Assembly (NCBI GenBank): GCA_016699145.1
Contig: CP064962.1
Span: 1,170,001 to 1,202,000, forward strand
Length of the DNA stretch: 32,000 nucleotides
Reading direction: 5' to 3'
From: Candidatus Saccharimonadota bacterium
Lineage (GTDB): Bacteria > Patescibacteriota > Gracilibacteria > UBA1369 > 2-02-FULL-48-14
The notes beneath the pieces are model-generated. The model saw nothing but the letters and a program-made list of their open reading frames with translations, did no database searches and was not told the DNA's origin. Below, in pieces: positions 16,694 to 23,731 of the stretch (position 1 is its first letter; every line of letters begins with the position of its first letter). The position numbers were made by a program, and so were the translations under genes.

Positions 16694-16728
16694 AAACAAA
16701 CAAAAAAGAAAACCTCGTCTTCGACGAG
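16692..16728 (-). terminator. candidate rho-independent terminator between repeat copy 2 and hicB
   Basis: Minus strand: CTCGTC-GAA-GACGAG (6-bp stem, 16728-16714), followed by GTTTTCTTTTTTGTTTGTTTTG. Confidence 0.4.
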
Positions 16729-16730
16729 CC

Positions 16731-16850
16731 TGGAGCGGGTGAGGGGAATATTCTGCGCTTCGCTTGAATGCACAGCCGTCGTCGCTCGGAAATGAAAAGC
16801 ACTCGTAAAAAGTATAGCAAAAAGATAGCAAATTTGAGAGTGTGCTTTCC
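16731..16850 (-). repeat. att-like direct repeat, copy 2: 19-nt tRNA-Gly 3'-end core + ~100-nt arm
   Basis: TGGAGCGGGTGAGGGGAAT is identical to tRNA positions 16961-16979. The same arm as copy 1 follows. 120 nt in total. Confidence 0.9.
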
Positions 16851-16926
16851 ACTTCCCTCGCTCCTAGGCTGCTTCGAACCCATTGCTGCGCAAGGGTTCT
16901 CTTCCTCTCTATCATTCAAGAAGAAT

Positions 16927-16952
16927 TAAAAAGCGCCCGCGAGGGGCGTTTT
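16927..16952. terminator. bidirectional stem-loop terminator just 3' of tRNA-Gly
   Basis: AAAAAG-CGCCC-GCGAG-GGGCG-TTTT. On the minus strand the hairpin is followed by CTTTTT, 9 nt after the tRNA CCA end. Confidence 0.5.
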
Positions 16953-16960
16953 CAATTCTT

Positions 16961-17035
16961 TGGAGCGGGTGAGGGGAATCGAACCCCTCTCAACAGCTTG
17001 GAAGGCTGTGGTAATAGCCACTATACGACACCCGC
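16961..17035 (-). tRNA. tRNA-Gly (anticodon UCC), CCA encoded
   Basis: Reverse complement: GCGGGTGTCGTATAGTGGCTATTACCACAGCCTTCCAAGCTGTTGAGAGGGGTTCGATTCCCCTCACCCGCTCCA. Acceptor stem GCGGGTG/CACCCGC. Anticodon stem ACAGC/GCTGT with loop CTTCCAA. T arm AGGGG-TTCGATT-CCCCT. Confidence 0.92.
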
Positions 17036-17142
17036 GTCATTGTGCCGTCATCAGGAAAACAACGGCAAAAGGGATTTTAGCAAAACCTAAGGAACTTTCA
17101 AGATGGATTTCAAAATCGGGGCAAGCACGTTACACTCTACAC

Positions 17143-17574
17143 ATGTCCATCGCCATTTACACTGACGGAAGTTGCATCGGGAACCCGGGCCCCGGGGGCT
17201 GGGCTTACCTCATTGAAGCCGAGGGAAAAGCCATTCGCGGACAAGGAGGCGAACCCGACACCACCAACAACCGGATGGAACTCACCGCACTCATCGAAGG
17301 GCTAAAAAAAGCCGAAACCCTCTATCCTTCAGAAATAAACTTCGACGTTTACAGCGACTCTTCTTGGGTGCTCAACACCTTAAAACTCAACTGGAAACGC
17401 AAAAAAAACCTCGATCTATGGGCCCTTTTGGAGCCTCATTTAAAGGGTAAAAAATTCACCTGGAACTGGGTGCGTGGTCACAATGGACACCCCCAAAACG
17501 AAGACTGCGACACTCGTGCGCAAAAAGAAGCGGGGCTTCAAGCTTTCAAAGCAGGCCGTCCAACTTTTCTTTGA
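17143..17574 (+). CDS. rnhA: ribonuclease HI
   Basis: MSIAIYTDGSCIGNPGPGGWAYLI...TTNNRMELTALIEGL...VYSDSSWV...WVRGHNGHPQNEDCD matches the RNase H catalytic pattern DGS...E...D...H..N..D. The longer ORF start at 16960 runs through the tRNA and is rejected. Confidence 0.9.
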   Translation: MSIAIYTDGSCIGNPGPGGWAYLIEAEGKAIRGQGGEPDTTNNRMELTALIEGLKKAETLYPSEINFDVYSDSSWVLNTLKLNWKRKKNLDLWALLEPHLKGKKFTWNWVRGHNGHPQNEDCDTRAQKEAGLQAFKAGRPTFL

Positions 17575-17863
17575 GTGAATCTTTGGGCAAAGCGCCTGTA
17601 ACACGATCCACTTCTTCACCGTTCTTAATGAAGATCAGCGTAGGGATGCTCATCACTCCATAATTTTGAGCCGTGTCCATGCTTTCATCCACATTCAGTT
17701 TCGCAATCAGGACTTTTCCATCGTATTCCGTTGCCAGTTCATCCACAATGGGGGCAATCATCTTGCAAGGACCGCACCATTCCGCAAAAAAGTCGACTAA
17801 AACAGGGATTTTAGAGTTCAAAACCAGTTCAGAAAAATTTTGATCAGTAACGAGATGTGCCAT
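17546..17863 (-). CDS. trxA: thioredoxin
   Basis: MAHLVTDQNFSELVLNSKIPVLVDFFAEWCGPCKMIAP, with the WCGPC active site. 105 aa from the ATG at 17863. Its 3' end overlaps rnhA by 29 nt. Confidence 0.9.
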   Translation of the reverse strand: MAHLVTDQNFSELVLNSKIPVLVDFFAEWCGPCKMIAPIVDELATEYDGKVLIAKLNVDESMDTAQNYGVMSIPTLIFIKNGEEVDRVTGALPKDSLKEKLDGLL

Positions 17864-17958
17864 AAACAATTTTAAGGGGTAGTGAGAAAATCCTAGCACG
17901 TCCAAGCCGCTTGAGAAAAGCCAGAAAATCAGCTATAATATTAAGACAAAAAAAACGT

Positions 17959-20508
17959 ATGGCACTTTCCAAAATTTGGACCGCCCTGGGAGGTCTGCTC
18001 GGCATCGCACTGCTACTCTTTCTTACACAAGGAAAAGCAACGGTGGCAAGTCATCTCGACACCGACGACTTCATCATTTTGAAGCCGGAACTCACCGCGG
18101 GCGTGATGCAATTGGGTCCAGAATACAAAGAAGATGGACTTTTTGTGTCTGAAATCTATGAAACCGATCACAGCTTTGAACTTTTGGGCCTCAATTGGCA
18201 GCAAAAACTGCCTGCTGGCACCGAAGCCGGGCTCGAAATTCGCTTCCGCTCTGAAAAAGGAAACTGGTCCGACTGGCAGTCCATTCACGTGGATGAAGAC
18301 GCGCCTTCCCAAGATCAAGCTGAAGTGGAGGCAGGTTATGACGAAAGCCTTTGGAGCTATGTGATCACCGAAAAAAGCACTGCTTTTCAATACCGCGCCA
18401 ACCTAAGCACTCAAAACAAAAACGTCACACCTAAACTTTCAGATATTTCTTTCGACTATGTGCAAGGGGGGCAAAGTTCGCTCCTCAACAAGTTTGAAAA
18501 AATGGTCTTCGATAAAGATCAAAGTGTGGTCAGTCGTGAAGAGTGGGGAGCCAACGAAAAACTGCGTGTGGCCAGCGAGCCCAACGACGACTTTGAATCG
18601 GAATTGGATGAAGACGACGAAGTGGAATATCCAGACATGAGGATTGTAAGAACCATCGATGAAAACGAGGATGGAAAACCTTTGCTTTGGCCTCAGGAAT
18701 ATCCAGCCAGCGTGGAGAAAATCATCCTTCATCACACGGCCACGACTCAAAATTTAGACGATCCCGAAGCGGCGATTCGCGCCATTTATTATTACCATGC
18801 TGTCACTCGCGGCTGGGGAGACATCGGTTACAACTTCATTGTTGCCCCCGATGGCACCGTTTATGAAGGCCGTATGGGTGGTGATGGAGTGGTGGCTGGG
18901 CATGCGCAAGGCTACAACACGGGCTCCGTGGGCATTGCGCTTTTAGGAAATTATGAAGAAAGAGATCTTTCAGGAGACATGATGCAAGCCTTGCAAGCTT
19001 TGATTTATAAAAAAGCCAAATTGCACGACATCGATCCCGATGGCACCAGCGAATTCCGTGGCGATGTGATTCCTAATATTTTGGGTCACCGCGACGTGGA
19101 CAGCACCGCTTGCCCTGGAGATTACACTTATGACTATTTGGATCAAATCCGTTCCATGGTGGCTTTGGCTTTAGAAAACAGCGAAGCCATGAGCAGCAAT
19201 AAAATGTATGCTTACTTAGAATCCGGCGACCGCGACATGCTGGTGCTCGATCCCAATCAAGAAGTGGGCGTCCTCATCAAAATCAAAAACACTGGCACCA
19301 AAACCTGGGACAGCAAAACGTTCTTAACGGTGGACGCCAACAGTGAATCCGACTCCCTCGTTGAAATTCCACAAGACTCCAGCAAGCGCACGGCTCTCAT
19401 GAAAGAAAGTTCAGTTAAACCTGGAGGAACAGCCACATTCAGCTTTAAAGTCAGCGCCAAAAACAATGGTGGTTTGGCTTCTTTTGATGTGAGTCCGGTC
19501 TTCAACGGCAAAGAAAAATCCACTCAAAAAATGGACATGGCTTTCTTTGTGGAAGCCCCCACGTTGGACTTCACAGTGCAAAGTTCAGACGCTCCTTCCA
19601 GTCTCTCGCCTGGGGCCACAGCCACGGTGACCGTCACGCTTAAAAACACCGGCAATCTCACATGGGAAAACAGCGGTGATTCGGCGGTGACGCTCGTCAA
19701 AAATGGAGCTTCCAGTTTGAGCGACAAAAGTACACTCGCCACTTTAAAAGAAAGCGAAGTGAAACCTGGGAAAACAGGCACTTTCGTGTTCAGCATCAAA
19801 GCTCCGAGCAAAGCCGGTAATTACGCCCTCTACTTCAGCCCGAGCATGAAAAATTCCAATGCCAAGGCGGGGGGCTCTGGACAGATCAAAATCAAAGTAA
19901 CAGAAAGCACAGAAAAAGCATTGATCGTTGGAGCCTCCAGTGACCTCAATTTTGCGCCGGGCGAAGAAAAAATGCTTTGGGTGCAGATTAAAAACACCAG
20001 CGGTGCCTCCTGGCCCACCACAGGTTCTTCTGCCTTCAATTTGGCTTTGAGCAAGCCGAGCGGCTTCACCATCGACACTCCAAAAATCATTTTAAAAACC
20101 ATTGGAAACGAAGTTTCAACAAAAATTTATTTCAATGTGACGGCACCTCAAAAAGCCGGCACTTACACGCTGAGCCTTGAGCCCAAACTCGGCAGCAAAA
20201 ATCTTTTGAGCAAAGCGTATACGCTTTCGCTTCTTGTGGAAGAAAGTGCGACTGCCATCCAATACGAAAATCCCATCCGCATCAAACTCACTCCCGACAA
20301 CGAAGTGGGCACACCCATCCTCACAGCAGACAGCTCCTTCAGCCTCTACTCCGATGAAACCTTTCTAAAAACCTTCAATGCAGGCACTCGAGTCAAAATC
20401 ACTCCTGCGAGCGATGGAAGCTTCACCGTGAGTTCAGGGCTTTCAAAATGGACAGCCAAAAAAACGTCCGCTTTATTCCTGAAAAAGAAGGCATCATGGA
20501 AATTTTAA
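17959..20508 (+). CDS. secreted cell-wall enzyme, segment 1: N-acetylmuramoyl-L-alanine amidase (PGRP/Amidase_2) + three Ig-like repeats + start of a SpoIID-type domain
   Basis: Signal peptide MALSKIWTALGGLLGIALLLFLTQGKA from the ATG at 17959. Amidase_2 motifs: IILHHTAT, GWGDIGYNFIVAPDGTVYEGR, GHAQGYNTGSVGIALLGNY, LGHRDVDSTACPG. Three ~95-aa repeats of the type ...V.IKNTG...W......L...(K/E)ES.VKPG.T..F.F...AP. The frame is lost at the A7 tract 20458-20464. Confidence 0.85.
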   Translation: MALSKIWTALGGLLGIALLLFLTQGKATVASHLDTDDFIILKPELTAGVMQLGPEYKEDGLFVSEIYETDHSFELLGLNWQQKLPAGTEAGLEIRFRSEKGNWSDWQSIHVDEDAPSQDQAEVEAGYDESLWSYVITEKSTAFQYRANLSTQNKNVTPKLSDISFDYVQGGQSSLLNKFEKMVFDKDQSVVSREEWGANEKLRVASEPNDDFESELDEDDEVEYPDMRIVRTIDENEDGKPLLWPQEYPASVEKIILHHTATTQNLDDPEAAIRAIYYYHAVTRGWGDIGYNFIVAPDGTVYEGRMGGDGVVAGHAQGYNTGSVGIALLGNYEERDLSGDMMQALQALIYKKAKLHDIDPDGTSEFRGDVIPNILGHRDVDSTACPGDYTYDYLDQIRSMVALALENSEAMSSNKMYAYLESGDRDMLVLDPNQEVGVLIKIKNTGTKTWDSKTFLTVDANSESDSLVEIPQDSSKRTALMKESSVKPGGTATFSFKVSAKNNGGLASFDVSPVFNGKEKSTQKMDMAFFVEAPTLDFTVQSSDAPSSLSPGATATVTVTLKNTGNLTWENSGDSAVTLVKNGASSLSDKSTLATLKESEVKPGKTGTFVFSIKAPSKAGNYALYFSPSMKNSNAKAGGSGQIKIKVTESTEKALIVGASSDLNFAPGEEKMLWVQIKNTSGASWPTTGSSAFNLALSKPSGFTIDTPKIILKTIGNEVSTKIYFNVTAPQKAGTYTLSLEPKLGSKNLLSKAYTLSLLVEESATAIQYENPIRIKLTPDNEVGTPILTADSSFSLYSDETFLKTFNAGTRVKITPASDGSFTVSSGLSKWTAKKTSALFLKKKASWKF

Positions 20509-21140
20509 CCTTCAGCCAAGTCCCTGCTTGGAACACGACTTTGAACGACAATCGCTTCCGTGGAACCATTGAAATGCGGCAAGTGGACAAAGAAACGGTA
20601 CTCATCAACGAATTGGCTTTGGAGGATTACATAAAAGGCATCGCTGAAGTTTCCAACGGCGACAACGAAGAAAAAGTCAAAACCATCCTGGTCTTGGCAC
20701 GCAGCTATGCTTATTACTATTTGACCGAAGAAGATAAATTCCCAGACAAGCCTTACGACCTGGACGACGATCCCAATTCCAGCCAAAAATACTTGGGTTA
20801 CGGCTTCGAATCCCGTTCCAGCAATGTGGCTCAAGCGGCAAAAGATACGGAAGGAATCGTGGTCACTTATAAAAAAGAAGTGGTCAAAACACCTTACTTC
20901 AGTCAATCCGATGGAAAAGCGACAAAAAGCGCAAAATCCGTATGGGGTTGGACTCACACACCCTGGTTGGTTTCTGTGCCAGACCCCTATTGCACGACTA
21001 CAGACGGCACTTTTAAAGGGCATGGGGTAGGGCTTTCAGGTTGCGGTGCCACCGGCATGGCAGAACTTGGAAAAGACTTTGAAGAGATCATCAAGTACTA
21101 CTACACTGGAGTTAGCCTCAGTTCCATTGAGGATCTCTAG
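20448..21140 (+). CDS. segment 2 of the same gene: SpoIID/LytB-type lytic transglycosylase domain (merged gene 17959..21140)
   Basis: NRFRGTIEMRQVDKETVLINELALEDYIKGIAEVSN...KTILVLARSYAYYY...QKYLGYGFE...AAKDTEGIVVTYKKEVVKTPYFSQSDGKT.S is the SpoIID stage-II sporulation D domain pattern. Segment 1 encodes the usual N-terminal strands of this domain. Confidence 0.8.
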   Translation: MDSQKNVRFIPEKEGIMEILTFSQVPAWNTTLNDNRFRGTIEMRQVDKETVLINELALEDYIKGIAEVSNGDNEEKVKTILVLARSYAYYYLTEEDKFPDKPYDLDDDPNSSQKYLGYGFESRSSNVAQAAKDTEGIVVTYKKEVVKTPYFSQSDGKATKSAKSVWGWTHTPWLVSVPDPYCTTTDGTFKGHGVGLSGCGATGMAELGKDFEEIIKYYYTGVSLSSIEDL

Positions 21141-21149
21141 CTAGCTCGA

Positions 21150-21836
21150 ATGATACTTGCCCTCAACACCGCTCAAACTGTCCATGAACTCGCCCTTTTG
21201 CAAGAAGATCAAAAAGAGCTTCGGCTTTTAAAAGAACAGCGCTGGCCCGACGACCATCAAGATGTGGAAACCTTAGTGCCTCGACTTCAAAATCTTTTGG
21301 ATGAAACCGGCCTGCGCAAAGAAGAGATTCAAGCGGTGCTTGTGGTGAAGGGGCCGGGTTCTTTCACGTCCTTGCGCACGGGGGTGGCCTTTGCCAATGC
21401 CTTGGTGGAGGGCCTCAGTGACTCTAGGTCCCAGCGCGTGCAGCTTTACGAATGGTCCACTTTTGAATGCTTGGCCCATAAAGCCGCAACACAGCCGGTA
21501 CTTGTGCTTTTACCGGCCGGGGGAGCAGACGTCGGGCTTTATTTTGAAGGGGAGCTGAAAGTCGGTCCCTTGAGTGAACTTTTGGCAGTGCATCCCCACG
21601 GTGCGGAGCTAAAAATCGTGGCTGAACTCCCTGAAACGCTGGAGGATGAGCTGCATTCCATAATCCTCGAAAAAAAATGGAAAAGGGTTCAGGGACACGA
21701 ATTGCAAACTTTGGGCGAATCCTTGCAAAGCTTGGGCCTGCCGCAAATCCAACCCGTGGAGCAAGTGAACGCCCTCTATTTAAAGGGGCCCAAAATCACG
21801 CTTTCTTCAGATCGATGGAAACAGGTGAGAACTTGA
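21150..21836 (+). CDS. tsaB: tRNA t6A37 threonylcarbamoyl-transfer protein TsaB (YeaZ-like)
   Basis: MILALNTAQTVHELALL...AVLVVKGPGSFTSLRTGVAFANAL. The GPGSFTxLRxG motif is typical of TsaB/YeaZ. Confidence 0.75.
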   Translation: MILALNTAQTVHELALLQEDQKELRLLKEQRWPDDHQDVETLVPRLQNLLDETGLRKEEIQAVLVVKGPGSFTSLRTGVAFANALVEGLSDSRSQRVQLYEWSTFECLAHKAATQPVLVLLPAGGADVGLYFEGELKVGPLSELLAVHPHGAELKIVAELPETLEDELHSIILEKKWKRVQGHELQTLGESLQSLGLPQIQPVEQVNALYLKGPKITLSSDRWKQVRT

Positions 21837-21918
21837 GGGGATAGTGCCCTTTTGCAAATGCTCTTGAAGTGCCCCAATGAAGGGTGTAAAAATATATACT
21901 ACACAATAAAATTTAAAT

Positions 21919-22932
21919 ATGGGTAGAGCTGAAGCAGATGATATAGGGGGATTTGAAGACTGGGAAATCCCACCCCTTGCACTAGGTGAAGGTGACGATG
22001 AAGTCGCTAATGACGCCACTTCTTTTGGGCAAAAACTAGAAGCCGTTTTGAAAGGAACAGAAGGAAGAAAAGCTCGACCAGAAAACCCTCAGGAACAGGA
22101 AAATGATGGAGATAAAGGGGCCATAACTGCCTACTTAAAACAAATAGCCAGACATCCTTTGATAGATCGTGATAGAGAAATAGAACTCGGTCGCATCATT
22201 CAAGGGAATAGTAGTGAAGAGGAGAGAAAACTTGCATTCAATGAGCTGGTTCACGCCAATCTCCGTTTAGTGGTCTCTATTGCTAAAAAGCGTGCTAATA
22301 GAAATCTCGAAACACTGAAGGACCTCATTCAAGAAGGGAGCATAGGGCTTATGATAGCTGCAGAAAAATTTGATCCAGATCGAGGTGTCAGGTTTGCCAC
22401 ACACGCCACCTGGTGGGTAAGGGCAACAATAACGAGGTACGTGGAAAATCATCAAGGAACCATACGTGTGCCTGTCCCTACCCAAAATAAATTGCGGAAT
22501 ATTAGAAGAGAGCTGGCACGGAAAAATAAGAAAACTAACGAGCAGCCCAGTCAAGCACAAGTGGAGGGGGAAATGAGGATGAAACCTGGTGAATTTGCAG
22601 GCTTATTGGCAGCCCTTTCAGGGACACGCTCTTTAGACGCTCCAATAGGTGGAGACGACTCTTCTCCCTTGAAAGATTTTCTTGCAGACGCTAACACGCT
22701 AAGCCCCGATCAGAATTTAGACAACTTAGACGGCATTGAACAACTAGAGGGCCGGCTTCTACTGCTCAGTCCAAGGCAAGAATGCGTTCTCCGTCATCGT
22801 CTTGGATTTGGAGTGGCGAGAGCATATTCTTTAGAGGGAATTGGGAACAAGATTGGGTGTACTCGTGAACGGATTCGTCAGATAGAAGCAGATGCCTTGA
22901 AAAAAATTCAAAAGGGCATGCGCACGACATAA
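21919..22932 (+). CDS. RNA polymerase sigma-70 family factor (RpoD-like group 1/2)
   Basis: Region 1.2/2: ITAYLKQIARHPLIDRDREIELGRII, NLRLVVSIAKKR, LIQEGSIGLMIAAEKFDPDRGVRFATHATWWVRATITRYV. Region 4.2: SLEGIGNKIGCTRERIRQIEADALKKI. The N-terminus is acidic. Confidence 0.9.
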   Translation: MGRAEADDIGGFEDWEIPPLALGEGDDEVANDATSFGQKLEAVLKGTEGRKARPENPQEQENDGDKGAITAYLKQIARHPLIDRDREIELGRIIQGNSSEEERKLAFNELVHANLRLVVSIAKKRANRNLETLKDLIQEGSIGLMIAAEKFDPDRGVRFATHATWWVRATITRYVENHQGTIRVPVPTQNKLRNIRRELARKNKKTNEQPSQAQVEGEMRMKPGEFAGLLAALSGTRSLDAPIGGDDSSPLKDFLADANTLSPDQNLDNLDGIEQLEGRLLLLSPRQECVLRHRLGFGVARAYSLEGIGNKIGCTRERIRQIEADALKKIQKGMRTT

Positions 22933-22978
22933 GTTTCTTGTCCTTCCCTTTTTTTGAGAGGGCCTCTAAACTGCACCC

Positions 22979-23662
22979 ATGGCCCTCTATCTTGTCGCAA
23001 CCCCCATCGGTAACCTGGAAGACATCACTTTGCGTGCCTTACGCATCCTCAAAGAAGTGGATTTGATTGCGGCAGAAGACACCCGTCATTCCGCCATTCT
23101 TTTGAAGGAATACGGCATCCAAACGGCCTCCACGAGTTTTCACAGCCATTCTTCAGAGGCCAAGGCCCTGGCACTGGCACAAGAGATGAAAGCCGGAAAA
23201 AACATCGCTCTCATCACCGACGCAGGAACCCCCGGCATTTCTGATCCCGCTTGGAGCCTCATCCAAGCCACGCTTCGTGCTGGGGTGGAAGTGATCCCCA
23301 TCCCCGGAGCCGCCGCCTTTTTAACCGCCCTCATGGGCAGCGGTTTACCCATGAATGAATTCCTTTACCGTGGCTTCATCCCGGCTAAAAAAGGTCGCCA
23401 AACCTTATTTGAATCTTTAAAAGAAGAGGATAAAACCGTGGTGCTTTACGAATCTCCGCATCGACTCCAAAAAACTTTGGAGCAAATGCTCGGCATTCTT
23501 GGGCCAGATCGAAACGTGGTCTTGGCTCGCGAGCTGACAAAGATGCATGAAACATTTCATCGCGGCACTTTGGGGGAGCTTACGGCGCAATTTAAAACAC
23601 ATCCACCCAAGGGCGAAATGGTCATTTTAGTGGCACCAAAAAACTTCAATTTCTCCTTTTGA
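22979..23662 (+). CDS. rsmI: 16S rRNA (cytidine1402-2'-O)-methyltransferase
   Basis: MALYLVATPIGNLEDITLRALRILKEVDLIAAEDTRHS...ALITDAGTPGISDPA...VIPIPGAAA...VLYESPHRL is the canonical RsmI pattern. Confidence 0.9.
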   Translation: MALYLVATPIGNLEDITLRALRILKEVDLIAAEDTRHSAILLKEYGIQTASTSFHSHSSEAKALALAQEMKAGKNIALITDAGTPGISDPAWSLIQATLRAGVEVIPIPGAAAFLTALMGSGLPMNEFLYRGFIPAKKGRQTLFESLKEEDKTVVLYESPHRLQKTLEQMLGILGPDRNVVLARELTKMHETFHRGTLGELTAQFKTHPPKGEMVILVAPKNFNFSF

Positions 23663-23731
23663 GTAGACATTTTTCTGTGGGCGTCTAGACAGAACATGTC
23701 AGCCCTGTATGACAACACCTAAAGATAGACA

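Noticed and set aside
16112-16850. Diversity-generating retroelement TR/VR pair (two ~120-bp near-identical repeats differing at an A)
   Set aside because: The copies differ by only one substitution and one 2-nt indel. Neither copy lies in a coding region, and there is no reverse transcriptase in the window.
16682-16919. Two overlapping 77-aa minus-strand ORFs across repeat copy 2
   Set aside because: They cross a hairpin terminator, the att-like core and the arm. Their translations are Arg/Ser/Phe-rich nonsense, and the equivalent sequence in copy 1 is not kept open in the same way.
16960-17142. N-terminal extension of the rnhA ORF (the 204-aa version starting at 16960)
   Set aside because: The extension is the antisense of tRNA-Gly plus intergenic sequence. 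RNase HI homology begins at the ATG at 17143 (MSIAIYTDGS).
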